Assembly (NCBI GenBank): GCA_016223205.1
Contig: JACRPM010000006.1
Coordinates: forward strand, 209,228 to 273,227
Reading direction: 5' to 3'
DNA: 64,000 bases
From: Candidatus Saganbacteria bacterium
Lineage (GTDB): Bacteria > Margulisbacteria > WOR-1 > XYC2-FULL-46-14 > WPAF01
Within the stretch, counting starts at the first letter, position 1; each line of letters begins with the position of its first letter. A program made the translations under genes and the position numbers. The notes beneath the pieces were generated by a model that did not search any database, was not told the DNA's origin, and was given only the letters and a program-made list of their open reading frames with translations. Shown in pieces: positions 29,048 through 39,541 of this stretch.

Positions 29048-31500
29048 AAGCGGTAGTTCTGGCGGGCGGATTGGGGACCCGTCTGCATCCTCTGACCATC
29101 AATGTCCCCAAGCCCATGGTGCCGGTGGCCAATCGTCCCTTGATGGAATACACCATCGAACTTTTAGCCAAGCACGGCTTTAAGGACATTGTCGTCCTGC
29201 TTTATCATCAACCCCATATCATCAAGTCGCATTTCGGCGACGGGAAAGATTTCGGGGTCAAGCTCACCTACATCGAAGCCCAGGAAAATTACGGAACCGC
29301 TGGTGCCGTAAAGTTCGCCGCGGGCGATTTTAAGGAACCTTTCCTGGTGATCAGCGCGGATCTGGTGACCAATTTTGACCTCAATAAGATAGTGGATTTC
29401 CATAAAGCCAAGAAGGCGGATCTCACCGTGGTGCTGACCCGGGTGGAAAATCCCCTGCCTTACGGTATCGTCATCACCCACAAGGACGGCCGCATCAAGC
29501 ACTTTTTGGAGAAGCCGACGGCGAGCGAAGTTTTCTCCGACACCATCAACACCGGCATTTACCTGGTAGATCCCCGCATCCTTGATCATATTCCCGCCGA
29601 GAAGGAATTCGATTTTTCTAACGATCTTTTCCCGCGGCTGCTCGAAGAAAAAGGGAAGCTTTACGGTTTTGTGACCGAGGGGTTGTGGCGGGACATCGGC
29701 AACCTCGAGGAATACGGAAGGGTGCAGGCGGAGATCTTACGGGATGTCCCTTCCATCGTTGAGAAAAGCGCCAAGGTGGCAAAATCGGCCCGCATCGAAG
29801 GCATGGGGATGATCGGGGAGAACGCGATCGTGGCTGACAACGCCACCCTTATCAACAGCGTAGTGGGCCCCAACTGCCGGATCGGGCGCGGCGCTTACTT
29901 GCGGGAATGCGTGATCTGGGAAAATACGAGCGTCGGCACCGAAGCGCGGCTGGAACGGTCCATCGTGGGGAACCGCTGCCAGATCGGAGACCGGGCTTAT
30001 CTTGAAGAATATTCGGTGATAGCCGATGAAGTGCGTATCGGCAAGGACGCGACACTTCGTCCGCACGTTAAGATCTGGCCGGGTAAGATCATCGAGGAGG
30101 GCTCCACCGTCTCGCGCAGTATGGTGCTCCGCGAACGCTTCCCCAAGACCATTTTCGGGCCTTTCGGGGTGACGGGGCTGATCAACATCGAGCTTACCCC
30201 GGAATTTGCCGCCACCCTGGGCGTATCTTACGGGGCTCTTTTGGGGCCGGGCTCGCTCATAACCGCCTCGCGCGATTCCCACAAGGCCTCGCGCATGATC
30301 TACCGCGCCCTGCTTTCGGGAGTGCTTTCGGCGGGGGTGAACGTCTCGGACCTCGAGATGAACGCCATCCCCGTGACCCGCTACGAGCTCAAGGCGCTCA
30401 AGAGCAAGGGCGGGTTCCACGTGCGCAAATCGCCGTACGACCCGGAAGTGATCGACATCAAGTTCTTCGGCGACGATGGCATGGACCTTTCATCGCTGAA
30501 CGAAAAAAGGATCGAACGTTTATTTTTCGGCGAGGATTTCAAGCGGCTCTGCGCCGAATGCGTGGGCGAACTTTCGTTCCCTTTCCACCGGGTGGCGGAG
30601 CAGTATAAAGAAGGCGTCCTCCATCATTTAAACCTCGATCTTATCCGCAGTAAAAAATGCAAGATCGTGATCGACTATGCTTACGGCTCGGCTTCCCAGC
30701 TTTTCCCCAATATTTTGGGAGAGTTGGGATGTGAAGTGGTAGCGCTCAATGCCCACATCGACGAGACCAAGATCACCAAGAACAAAGAGATGTTCGATCA
30801 TGCGCTCAAACAGCTCTCCTCGATCGTTAAATCACTCGAGGCGGACCTGGGCATCATGTTCGACACCGGGGCGGAGAAGATATTCCTCTGCGATGAGAAA
30901 GGCAATATCTTGAGCGGAGACGAGGCCCTGGGAGTGATCGCGGCTTTGATCTTCTCCACCCAAAAGAACGCTACCATCGCCGTGCCGGTGAGCGCCTCCG
31001 CTTCTCTTGAAAAAATAGCCAAACGGTACAACGGCCGCATTTTACGCACCAAGACCTCCTCACGGCACATGATGGAGGTGGCCACCCGTCCGGAAGTGAA
31101 GTTCGTGGGGGAAAGGGTGGGGGGCTATATCTTCCCGGAATTCCAGCCGCATTTTGACGCCATGTTCTCGGTCGTCAAACTGCTCGAGCTTTTGGACAAA
31201 AAGGACCGGGAGATTTCGGAGATCGAAGCGGAATTGCCGCCTTCGGGCGTGGTGAAGAAAGATATTTCCTGCCCGCCGGAGCTTAAGGGCCGCGTGGTGA
31301 GGACCCTGGCGGAGGAGCTTAAGGACGAAGAAGTGGAGCTTATCGACGGCATCAAGGTCTATCACGGCGAAAGTTGGGCGCTGGTATTGCCGGACCCGGT
31401 GCGACCGGTGATCGAACTTTTTGCCGAAGCCGAATCCGAAAAAGCCGCCCGCAAGATGCTTTCCGATTACACCAAGCGGATCGACGAGATAATCGGATGA
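29044..31500 (+). CDS. Bifunctional sugar-1-phosphate nucleotidyltransferase (N-terminal, with left-handed beta-helix) / phosphohexomutase (PGM/PMM, C-terminal), 818 aa
   Basis: MKAVVLAGGLGTRLHPLT...KPMVPV NTP-transferase motif; hexapeptide-repeat middle; C-terminal alpha-D-phosphohexomutase-like domains; ATGA overlap with glgA. Confidence 0.75.
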   Translation: MKAVVLAGGLGTRLHPLTINVPKPMVPVANRPLMEYTIELLAKHGFKDIVVLLYHQPHIIKSHFGDGKDFGVKLTYIEAQENYGTAGAVKFAAGDFKEPFLVISADLVTNFDLNKIVDFHKAKKADLTVVLTRVENPLPYGIVITHKDGRIKHFLEKPTASEVFSDTINTGIYLVDPRILDHIPAEKEFDFSNDLFPRLLEEKGKLYGFVTEGLWRDIGNLEEYGRVQAEILRDVPSIVEKSAKVAKSARIEGMGMIGENAIVADNATLINSVVGPNCRIGRGAYLRECVIWENTSVGTEARLERSIVGNRCQIGDRAYLEEYSVIADEVRIGKDATLRPHVKIWPGKIIEEGSTVSRSMVLRERFPKTIFGPFGVTGLINIELTPEFAATLGVSYGALLGPGSLITASRDSHKASRMIYRALLSGVLSAGVNVSDLEMNAIPVTRYELKALKSKGGFHVRKSPYDPEVIDIKFFGDDGMDLSSLNEKRIERLFFGEDFKRLCAECVGELSFPFHRVAEQYKEGVLHHLNLDLIRSKKCKIVIDYAYGSASQLFPNILGELGCEVVALNAHIDETKITKNKEMFDHALKQLSSIVKSLEADLGIMFDTGAEKIFLCDEKGNILSGDEALGVIAALIFSTQKNATIAVPVSASASLEKIAKRYNGRILRTKTSSRHMMEVATRPEVKFVGERVGGYIFPEFQPHFDAMFSVVKLLELLDKKDREISEIEAELPPSGVVKKDISCPPELKGRVVRTLAEELKDEEVELIDGIKVYHGESWALVLPDPVRPVIELFAEAESEKAARKMLSDYTKRIDEIIG

Positions 31501-32921
31501 AGATACTTTACGTTTCATCGGAAGTGGTGCCTTATGCCAAGACCGGAGGATTAGCGGACGTGGCGGGAGCGCTTCCCCAGGCGCTGTCTGCCCTGGGCCA
31601 CGAAGTAGTGGTGGTGATGCCCAAATACCGCATGGTGGATGAAAAGAAATTCGGCCTTGAAAAATTGAACGATGAGCTCTATCGCGCTAAAGGCAAAGTG
31701 ACCGTCTATTTTATCGCCAACGATAAGTATTTCGATAGGGAAGGGCTCTATCAGGAAAAAGGCGTCGATTATCCCGACAACTGCGAACGTTTCTCTTTTT
31801 TCTGCCGGAAAGTACTGGAGATACTGCCGAAGGTCGGCTTTTTTCCCGATATCGTCCATTGCAACGACTGGCAGACCGCGCTGATCATCGCCTATATCAA
31901 GAAGCTTGGTGAATGGCCGAAGACCGCCACGGTCTATACCGTCCATAACATGGGATACCTGGGCCTTTTCCCCAAAGAAAAGCTGGCCGCGACCGGCTTC
32001 GGCTGGGAAATGTACCTGCCGGAGAATTTGGAATTCTGGGGCAGCATCGCGCTGGCCAAGGCAGGCTTTGTCTTTGCCGACCTCATCAACACCGTTTCCC
32101 AGACCTATGCCGAGGAGATCCAAACCGATGAGATGGGATTCGGGTTGGCGGGGCTTTTGCGTTCGCGCTCCCAGGATGTTTCCGGCATCATCAACGGGAT
32201 CGATTATACCGTCTGGAATCCCGAGACCGACGCGGTGATCGCTCGCAAGTACGGGACCAAATCCATTCCCCTCAAATACGAGAACAAGAAGGCCCTGCAG
32301 AAAGCGAATAACCTTCCGGAAAAAGAAGATATTCCGCTCATCGGCATGATCACCCGTTTGGCCGACCAGAAGGGCTTCGATATCCTGGCGGGGGCGATGG
32401 AAAAGATCATGCATCTTAAATGCCAGATGGTGATATTGGGGACCGGGGAGCCGAAATATCACGAACTTTTACTGAACGAAAAGAAAAAGTATCCCCAGCA
32501 TATCGGGATCAACCTGGGCTTTAATGCCGCCCTGGCACAGCTCATCTACGCCGGGTCCGATCTGTTCCTGATGCCTTCCCATTACGAACCCTGCGGGTTG
32601 GGCCAGCTTATTTCATTCAAATACGGCGCCATCCCCATCGTCAGGAAAACCGGGGGACTGGCGGACACGGTGCACGATCTTAATCCCAAGACCGGCAAGG
32701 GGGACGGGTTCGTTTTCGAAGAATATTCCTCCGAAGCCTTGCTCAATGCCGTCAAGCGCGCGCTTACGGCTTATCGGAACAAAAAGGAATGGCTGAAGCT
32801 TATCGAAAAGGTGATGTGCTACGATTATTCCTGGAAGGTCTCGGCCCGCAAGTACGTTGAGCTTTATAACCGGGGCTTGACGAAGTTAAGTTTTATCCAG
32901 AAAAGCGGAAACCTGCTTTAG
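31497..32921 (+). CDS. glgA: Glycogen (starch) synthase
   Basis: MKILYVSSEVVPYAKTGGLADV N-terminal signature; start ATG 31497 overlaps previous stop (ATGA); longer ORF from 31374 rejected. Confidence 0.85.
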   Translation: MKILYVSSEVVPYAKTGGLADVAGALPQALSALGHEVVVVMPKYRMVDEKKFGLEKLNDELYRAKGKVTVYFIANDKYFDREGLYQEKGVDYPDNCERFSFFCRKVLEILPKVGFFPDIVHCNDWQTALIIAYIKKLGEWPKTATVYTVHNMGYLGLFPKEKLAATGFGWEMYLPENLEFWGSIALAKAGFVFADLINTVSQTYAEEIQTDEMGFGLAGLLRSRSQDVSGIINGIDYTVWNPETDAVIARKYGTKSIPLKYENKKALQKANNLPEKEDIPLIGMITRLADQKGFDILAGAMEKIMHLKCQMVILGTGEPKYHELLLNEKKKYPQHIGINLGFNAALAQLIYAGSDLFLMPSHYEPCGLGQLISFKYGAIPIVRKTGGLADTVHDLNPKTGKGDGFVFEEYSSEALLNAVKRALTAYRNKKEWLKLIEKVMCYDYSWKVSARKYVELYNRGLTKLSFIQKSGNLL

Positions 32922-33326
32922 GTATTCCTTGAAATCTTTTAAGGCCAGCGGAAGGATTCTGTATACTTTTTCGTCGTCGATTTCCATATATTCATGAACA
33001 ATGATATTTCTCATTCCGCCTGCGCCTTTTATTTTTTCCGCCAGGTCCCGGCTTATCAATCCGGCTTCTGCGGCGCGAACGAAAGATGAGGTGTAATCTT
33101 CGGGCGGGCGCTTGCCGGATTCGACCACCACATGATTGTTGATATCCGAGGCGCATTCAACCAGCAGCTGGATCAGGCGTTCCGCTGTGGATTTTATATA
33201 AAAGTCTTCTTGATATTCTTTGAACGATTTGTCCGAGATCGGCCGCAAGCGGTCAAGGTACATATTCAAACGCGATAGTTTTCGGCGGATCAAGTCGGCG
33301 TCAACCACGGGTATTCCCCGCCGCAT
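32886..33326 (-). CDS. hepT: HepT-like toxin (HEPN domain, DUF86)
   Basis: Rx4HxY HEPN motif in GMRNIIVHEYMEID; 146 aa; overlaps 3' end of glgA convergently and 26 bp with upstream mntA. Confidence 0.7.
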   Translation of the reverse strand: MRRGIPVVDADLIRRKLSRLNMYLDRLRPISDKSFKEYQEDFYIKSTAERLIQLLVECASDINNHVVVESGKRPPEDYTSSFVRAAEAGLISRDLAEKIKGAGGMRNIIVHEYMEIDDEKVYRILPLALKDFKEYLKQVSAFLDKT

Positions 33327-33711
33327 CCCTTACATATTGGGCTTCCAGCAGCCGGAATTTTTTGGTGTCCAGGTAGCGGCCTATGGCTCCCGCGCGGAAA
33401 TTATTAAAAACTCCCGGTTTTTCTTCAAAAAGCGGTTTTCCGTTAAGGGCCACATGATAAGTGATCATGGATTCGGCATTATTTAAAAAAGCCGGATCGG
33501 CCTTGTCCCCAAAAATGGCGATCAGGTCGGCCAGGATTTCATGATATCGATCTTTAATTGTTGACGAAGAATTTCCCAGAATCCCCAGATCAATATCACT
33601 GTCTTTGGTCGCCAATCCTTTCGCATAAGAGCCGTGCAAAACCAGCAGTTTTAGATCGTATTTGCGGCAGAGCCCTAACAATTTATCTCGATCGTATTGT
33701 AATTCGGTCAT
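33301..33711 (-). CDS. mntA: MntA-like minimal nucleotidyltransferase antitoxin
   Basis: LHGSYAKGLATKDSDIDLGIL (GSx9-13Dx[DE] NTase motif); immediately upstream of and overlapping hepT. Confidence 0.7.
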   Translation of the reverse strand: MTELQYDRDKLLGLCRKYDLKLLVLHGSYAKGLATKDSDIDLGILGNSSSTIKDRYHEILADLIAIFGDKADPAFLNNAESMITYHVALNGKPLFEEKPGVFNNFRAGAIGRYLDTKKFRLLEAQYVRDAAGNTRG

Positions 33712-33775
33712 GATAGCTGGATTATATCATTGGCCATTAGGTTTTCCCAGCGATCTTTCATGATAAAATAATTGA

Positions 33776-34606
33776 ATGGAATGTAAAATATCCTCGATCG
33801 GTCCACATAATGGCGAAGAGCCGCCTATATCGGGAACGCGCGGATCGGGAGCCATCTTCTTCTCCAGCTGCAATCTACGTTGTGTTTATTGTCAGAATTG
33901 GCAAATCTCGCAAGGCCAGGGCAAAGGGATGAGTTATGAGTTGTGCGCATCGGATCTGGCCGATAAAATGCTAGGTTTGCAAGGTCAAGGTTGTCACAAT
34001 ATCAACTTAGTTTCGCCTTCTCATGTAGTCCCGCAAATACTGGAAGCGCTGAAGATCGCAAAAAGCCGGGGCCTCAAGATCCCGATCGTCTATAACACCA
34101 ACGGTTACGATTCTCCCCGGATACTGAAGATGATGGAGGGCATGATCGATATCTATCTGCCCGATATTAAATATTCCAGCGATGAGAATGCTTTCAAATA
34201 TTCCGGGGCCAAGAATTATGTAAGGCGCAACCGGGAAGCGATCGCTGAAATGTACCGCCAGGTCGGGAATTTGGAATTGGATGAAGAGGGGATCGCCCGG
34301 CGGGGTGTCATCGTCCGCCACCTGGTCTTGCCGAATGACCTTGCAGGAAGCTTTGAGTCGTTAAAGTTTTTGTCATCGCTTTCCCCGGGCATTTGGGTAT
34401 CGCTCATGGCGCAGTATCATCCCTGTTACAAAGCCAAGGATTACCCCGAACTGAACCGCAGAATTAATTCTGCGGAATACGAAAAAGTTCTCAAATGGGC
34501 CGAGGAATTGGGATTGCGGAATGTTTTAACCCAGGAATTGAAGAGTTCCGATATTTATCTGCCGGATTTTAGCAAAGAAAAGCCATTCAAATCGAGTGAG
34601 ATTTAA
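33776..34606 (+). CDS. Radical SAM protein (PflX/AmmeMemoRadiSam-type activase-like)
   Basis: SSCNLRCVYCQNWQIS CxxxCxxC cluster motif; 276 aa. Confidence 0.75.
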   Translation: MECKISSIGPHNGEEPPISGTRGSGAIFFSSCNLRCVYCQNWQISQGQGKGMSYELCASDLADKMLGLQGQGCHNINLVSPSHVVPQILEALKIAKSRGLKIPIVYNTNGYDSPRILKMMEGMIDIYLPDIKYSSDENAFKYSGAKNYVRRNREAIAEMYRQVGNLELDEEGIARRGVIVRHLVLPNDLAGSFESLKFLSSLSPGIWVSLMAQYHPCYKAKDYPELNRRINSAEYEKVLKWAEELGLRNVLTQELKSSDIYLPDFSKEKPFKSSEI

Positions 34607-34620
34607 GATATAATGTAAAC

Positions 34621-35577
34621 ATGTATCGCCCGGAGATCAAAGTTTTGGATTGCACCATCCGCGACGGGGGGCTCATCAACGAGCACCTCTTTGAGGATAA
34701 ATTTGTCCGCGCGGTGTATGAGGCGGTCTCGGCTTCCGGGGTGGATTATATCGAGCTCGGCTACCGCGCTTCCAAGAAATATTTTTCCGCCGATAAGTTC
34801 GGCAAGGCCAAATTCTGCGAAGAGGACTTTTTACGCAAAGTCATCGATGGGGTAGAATCCAACACCAAACTATCCGTCATGGTGGACATTGGACGGGTGG
34901 AACCGGAAGATATCCCCTTAAAGAAGGATAGCGTGGTCTCTCTAATGAGAGTGGCCTGCTATGTGAAAGATATCGATAAGGCCATTGCCCTGGTCAAGCG
35001 CTGCGCCGATAAAGGGTACGAGACCACCGTCAACATCATGGCTATTTCTACCGCCCTGATGCCCGATCTAGAAGAAGGGCTTTCACAACTGGCGGAATGC
35101 CCGCTCAAGGCGGTCTATATAGTGGATAGCTACGGCGCGCTTTTTTCGGAGCAGATCCATTTCCTGGTCCAGCAGTACGCCAAGTATTTAAAGCCCAAGG
35201 GGATAGAGGTGGGCATCCACTGCCATAACAACCAGCAATTGGGCTTTGCCAACACCATCGAGGCCATCCGCAAGGGGGCCAATTTTATGGACGCCACCAT
35301 CTACGGCATAGGACGCGCGGCCGGCAACTGTCCGCTGGAATTGCTTTTGGCTTTCCTTAAGAACCCCAAATTCAAGCTCGATCCCATATTGGATATTATC
35401 GAGAAAGAATTCATACCGCTCCGGCAGAAGATCGAATGGGGCTACATGATCCCCGACATGATATGCGGGATATTGAACCAGCATCCCCGCTCCGCTATCG
35501 CCCTGCGCTCCGGCAAGGAAAAACGATCTTATTCCGAATTTTACCGCAATTTGCGCAATGACATGGAGCTGGCCTGA
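34621..35577 (+). CDS. DRE-TIM metallolyase superfamily aldolase (HMGL/4-hydroxy-2-oxovalerate aldolase-like)
   Basis: KVLDCTIRDGG N-terminal substrate/metal-binding motif; HCHNN metal-binding His pair; 318 aa. Confidence 0.6.
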   Translation: MYRPEIKVLDCTIRDGGLINEHLFEDKFVRAVYEAVSASGVDYIELGYRASKKYFSADKFGKAKFCEEDFLRKVIDGVESNTKLSVMVDIGRVEPEDIPLKKDSVVSLMRVACYVKDIDKAIALVKRCADKGYETTVNIMAISTALMPDLEEGLSQLAECPLKAVYIVDSYGALFSEQIHFLVQQYAKYLKPKGIEVGIHCHNNQQLGFANTIEAIRKGANFMDATIYGIGRAAGNCPLELLLAFLKNPKFKLDPILDIIEKEFIPLRQKIEWGYMIPDMICGILNQHPRSAIALRSGKEKRSYSEFYRNLRNDMELA

Positions 35578-36323
35578 TGTCCGGACATAGCAAATGGGCC
35601 ACCATCAAGCACGCCAAGGCCAAGACCGACGCCACGCGAGGCAAGGTCTTCACCAAGATCATCCGTGAAATAACCACCGCGGCCAAGATCGGCGGGGGAG
35701 ATCCCGGCGGCAATCCCCGTCTTCGATTAGCGATCGAGAAGGCCAAAGAAGCCAACATGCCCAACGACAACATCAAACGCGCAGTCGAAAAGGGAATTGG
35801 GGGAGGCGGTACTGCGCTGGAGGAGATCACTTACGAAGGTTACGGGCCGGGCGGGGTCGCTCTCACGATCGAAGTTATGACCGACAACAAGAACCGCGCG
35901 CTGGGAGAAGTGCGCAATATTTTAGAACGGCACGGCGGCAACCTGGGGGCTTCGGGCTCGGTGGCCTGGATGTTCAAGAAAAAGGGCTCCATCACATTCA
36001 ATCTGTCCGGGGTAGACGAAGAAAAGCTGACCATGGCGGCGATCGACGCCGGGGCCGAAGATGTTTTGGCCGAAGAATCTGTTTTCGAGGTGGTCACCAC
36101 CCCGGAGAATTTCATCAAGGTGCGGGATGCGCTCAAAACCCAGAACTTTAATCCCTTAAACGCGGAAGTGACCATGGTCCCCGCCAATACAGTTAAACTC
36201 GAAGGCGAGGACGCCCAAAAGGTCTTAAAGCTGGTGAACCTATTGGAAGAGCTGGACGATGTCCAGTCGGTGCACGCCAACTTCGACATCCCGGATGCCG
36301 TTCTCGAACAATTGTCAAAATGA
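35577..36323 (+). CDS. yebC: YebC/PmpR family DNA-binding transcriptional regulator
   Basis: MSGHSKWATIKHAKAKTDATRGKVFTKI canonical N-terminus; 248 aa. Confidence 0.85.
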   Translation: MSGHSKWATIKHAKAKTDATRGKVFTKIIREITTAAKIGGGDPGGNPRLRLAIEKAKEANMPNDNIKRAVEKGIGGGGTALEEITYEGYGPGGVALTIEVMTDNKNRALGEVRNILERHGGNLGASGSVAWMFKKKGSITFNLSGVDEEKLTMAAIDAGAEDVLAEESVFEVVTTPENFIKVRDALKTQNFNPLNAEVTMVPANTVKLEGEDAQKVLKLVNLLEELDDVQSVHANFDIPDAVLEQLSK

Positions 36324-37039
36324 AACCGATCGCCGACCTGCACCTGCATACCGTATCCTCCGGCCATTCTTATTCGACGCTTGAAGAATACATAAAAGAA
36401 GCCCAGAAGATCGGCCTTAAGATGATCGGCATCACCGACCACGGCCCCGCCATGCCGGGCGGCCCGCACTATTATCATTTCTCCAACATGCGCATGATAC
36501 CTCCGGTGATCGAGGGGATCAGGGTGTTGCGCGGGATCGAGGCCAATATCATCAACGAAAAAGGCGAGATCGACCTGGCCGAGCAGGAGATAAAATGGGG
36601 AGGGTTAGAGATCGTGATGTGTGCCATGCATCCCCGGACCGGGTATGAAAACCAGGGCGAAGAAAAAAACACCGAGGTTTTGCTTAAGGCCCTGAAAAAT
36701 CCTTACATCAACGTCATTGCCCATCCCGGCAATCCCAAATATCCGGTCAAGGTCAAAGAGGTCGTGGCGGCCGCCAAAGAACGCAAAGTTTTGATCGAGA
36801 TCAATAACAGCTCGGATTTTTCCCGGCCGGGCAGTCACGACCGGTGCGTGGAATTCGCCCGGGAAGTAAAGCGGGTGGGGTGGAAAGTGATCACCGGAAC
36901 CGATTCCCACATCTCTTCCATGGTCGGGAAGTTTGACGGCGCCCTCAAGATCTTTGCCGAGGCGGGATTGACCGAAGATGACGTGGTCAATACTTCCGAA
37001 ACCATGATAGAAAAATATCTTTTAAAAAGAAATGTATAA
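36320..37039 (+). CDS. PHP-domain phosphoesterase (histidinol-phosphatase family)
   Basis: DLHLHTVSSGHS N-terminal metal-binding motif; 239 aa. Confidence 0.75.
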   Translation: MKPIADLHLHTVSSGHSYSTLEEYIKEAQKIGLKMIGITDHGPAMPGGPHYYHFSNMRMIPPVIEGIRVLRGIEANIINEKGEIDLAEQEIKWGGLEIVMCAMHPRTGYENQGEEKNTEVLLKALKNPYINVIAHPGNPKYPVKVKEVVAAAKERKVLIEINNSSDFSRPGSHDRCVEFAREVKRVGWKVITGTDSHISSMVGKFDGALKIFAEAGLTEDDVVNTSETMIEKYLLKRNV

Positions 37040-37532
37040 ATACTCGATATTTGAAACGAAATACGGGAACATGGGCGCGGTGGCCTCGGAAAAAGGCCTC
37101 CACATGATCATCTTACCCAAAAAGAAACCGGAAGAAGTTAAAAAGGAATTGGAACAGTATTATACTGAACTCATCAGGGACGAGGAGGGATTGAAGGGGA
37201 TTGGAGGTAGGATGAGGGAATATCTTGACGGCAAAAAGGTAAAATTCAGGGAGAAGATGGACCTTGCCGGCGCGACGGATTTTGAACTTAAGGTCTGGGA
37301 CGCGACGCTGGGAATCCCGTATGGCGAAACCCGCTCCTATGCCTGGGTGGCCAAACAAATTGGCGAGGGGAAAGGGGTGAGGGCGGTGGGAGGAGCGCTG
37401 GGCCGCAATCGCCTGCCGATCATCATTCCCTGCCACCGTGTCGTCAGCAAAGAAGGCGATCTGGGCGGATTTTCGGCCGGCATCGAGATGAAAGTCCTCC
37501 TGCTTAAGATCGAAGGAGCGCTGTTATGTTAG
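37032..37532 (+). CDS. ogt: Methylated-DNA--protein-cysteine methyltransferase
   Basis: Active-site IIPCHRVV; [11 protein letters not shown] helix-turn-helix region. Confidence 0.8.
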   Translation: MYKYSIFETKYGNMGAVASEKGLHMIILPKKKPEEVKKELEQYYTELIRDEEGLKGIGGRMREYLDGKKVKFREKMDLAGATDFELKVWDATLGIPYGETRSYAWVAKQIGEGKGVRAVGGALGRNRLPIIIPCHRVVSKEGDLGGFSAGIEMKVLLLKIEGALLC

Positions 37533-38284
37533 CTAAAAGGATCATTCCCTGTCTGGACGTAAGAGAAGGCCGGGTGGTCAAGGGCCGCCGCTTCGTGGAC
37601 CTTAAAGACGCGGGCGACCCGGTAGAACAAGCCGTTTTTTACGATTCGGAAGGCGCCGATGAGCTGGTCTTTCTCGATATCACCGCTTCACACGAAAAAC
37701 GCTATATCATGCTCGAGGTGGTGCGCCGCGTGGCGGAAAGCATCTTCATACCTTTCACCGTAGGAGGAGGGATAAATGATGTCGAGACCATCCGCGATAT
37801 CCTGGCCGCGGGGGCGGATAAAGTATCCATCAACACGGCAGCCGTGAAAGACCCCAACTTGATCACGGTCGCCTCGGAAAAGTTCGGTGCCCAATGCGTA
37901 GTATTGGCAATCGATGCCAAAAAGACCGGAGCAGGTAAATGGGAAATATATACTCACGGCGGAAGGACGCCCACCGGAATGGATGCGGTGGAATGGGCCG
38001 TCAGGGGCTGGGATCTGGGGGCTGGGGAAATTCTCCTAACTTCGATGGATCGGGATGGGACCAAGGACGGCTACGATCTGGACCTGACCTCCGCCATTTC
38101 TTCGGCGGTCAATATTCCCGTCATTGCTTCGGGTGGAGCGGGAAAACTGGAGCATATCTATGATGCCTTTATCGAGGGTGGGGCGGAAGCGGCGCTTTTG
38201 GCCTCGCTTTTGCACTACCGCGAACTTACCATCAAAGAGATCAAGGACTTCCTGCAGGCCAAGGGGATAAATGTTCGCGCCTAA
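37526..38284 (+). CDS. hisF: Imidazole glycerol phosphate synthase cyclase subunit HisF (or HisF-like)
   Basis: [20 protein letters not shown]...; (beta/alpha)8 phosphate-binding GG motifs. No other his genes in the window. Confidence 0.8.
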   Translation: MLAKRIIPCLDVREGRVVKGRRFVDLKDAGDPVEQAVFYDSEGADELVFLDITASHEKRYIMLEVVRRVAESIFIPFTVGGGINDVETIRDILAAGADKVSINTAAVKDPNLITVASEKFGAQCVVLAIDAKKTGAGKWEIYTHGGRTPTGMDAVEWAVRGWDLGAGEILLTSMDRDGTKDGYDLDLTSAISSAVNIPVIASGGAGKLEHIYDAFIEGGAEAALLASLLHYRELTIKEIKDFLQAKGINVRA

Positions 38285-39092
38285 ACTTATAGATCGGGCC
38301 TTGAGAAAATATTTGCCTACTAAGGGCGTATTGGCCAAAGCCATGCGCTATTCGGTCTTCGCCGGAGGTAAAAGGTTCCGCCCGATCCTAATGATAGAAG
38401 CCGCCCGGGCCTGCGGAGGCAATATCAATAAGGTGATGCCGGCGGCCTGCGCTATGGAGACGATCCACACATTTACACTAATTCATGATGATCTGCCCGC
38501 TATGGACGATTCGAATCTGCGGAGAGGAAAACCGACCAGCCACAAGGTGTTTGGCGAGGATATCGCGATCTTGGCGGGAGACGCGTTGAACACTTTGGCC
38601 TTTAAGATATTGGCCGATCGTTGTCCGGAAGCATCGGGCGAGCTGGCCGAAGGATTGCTCAAGGTGGTAGAAGGCCAGGTCCTCGATCTTCGATCCGAGG
38701 GGAAAAAGATCGGGTTCGCCCAATTGCAGAAGATCCATCTTTTAAAGACCGCGGCCCTGATCGAATCGTCGGTCAGAATGGGAGCGATACTTTCCAATGC
38801 CCGAGACCGGCAGATCAAGGCGTTGACCCAATATGCCCGCCACCTGGGATTGGCATTCCAAATCGCCGATGATATACTGGATGTGGTTTCAGAAGAGAAA
38901 ACACTGGGAAAACCTGCGGGAGCGGACCAAAAAGCCAAGAAGGCGACTTATCCCGGGCTTTTGGGACTCAAGAGGGCGCAGAAATTGGCCGACCGGCATT
39001 TTAGGGATGCCGTCCAAGCGCTTAAACCTTTCGGTAGACGGGCCGGGGAATTGGTCGAGATCGCGGAATTCGCAGTGAGGAGGAAAAAATGA
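38271..39092 (+). CDS. Polyprenyl diphosphate synthase (FPP/GGPP synthase, IspA-like)
   Basis: [21 protein letters not shown] and [13 protein letters not shown]. Confidence 0.85.
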   Translation: MFAPKLIDRALRKYLPTKGVLAKAMRYSVFAGGKRFRPILMIEAARACGGNINKVMPAACAMETIHTFTLIHDDLPAMDDSNLRRGKPTSHKVFGEDIAILAGDALNTLAFKILADRCPEASGELAEGLLKVVEGQVLDLRSEGKKIGFAQLQKIHLLKTAALIESSVRMGAILSNARDRQIKALTQYARHLGLAFQIADDILDVVSEEKTLGKPAGADQKAKKATYPGLLGLKRAQKLADRHFRDAVQALKPFGRRAGELVEIAEFAVRRKK

Positions 39093-39541
39093 ACTTGATC
39101 CAGTCGCTGATTAGCAATGTCCCGCTGGTGATCGGAGGCTCGGCCTTCATTCTCTCCCAGATCCTCAAGATAATAATTTACTATTTTAAAGATAAAAAGC
39201 TGGACCTTACGCACTTTTTCGAGGCGGCGGGAATGCCTTCCACCCATTCGGCCATGTCGTCCGCCATGACGCTTTCGATCGGGGTTAAGAGCGGCTTCGA
39301 CTCCACCTTCTTTGCCATTGCCGTGGTCTTTACCATCATCGTGATGTACGATGCCATGGGGGTGCGCTTTGCCGCCGGCCAGCAGGCCGTGGTCCTTAAT
39401 AAGATCATCGAGGATATCTATTCCGAAAAGATATCGGAAAAGGAGAAGATGAAGGAACTCATCGGGCACACCCCGATCGAGGTCTTTGCGGGCGGGACCT
39501 TGGGGCTGGCCGTGGCCATGGTGATGCTTTTCTTTCTATGA
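39089..39541 (+). CDS. Divergent PAP2-family membrane protein (YuiD/DUF212-like)
   Basis: GMPSTHSAMSSA signature; 150 aa with hydrophobic helices. Confidence 0.65.
   Translation: MNLIQSLISNVPLVIGGSAFILSQILKIIIYYFKDKKLDLTHFFEAAGMPSTHSAMSSAMTLSIGVKSGFDSTFFAIAVVFTIIVMYDAMGVRFAAGQQAVVLNKIIEDIYSEKISEKEKMKELIGHTPIEVFAGGTLGLAVAMVMLFFL

Noticed and set aside
31374-31496. Upstream extension of glgA ORF
   Set aside because: Overlaps the preceding gene; canonical GlgA N-terminus MKILYVSSE begins at ATG 31497 in an ATGA overlap.
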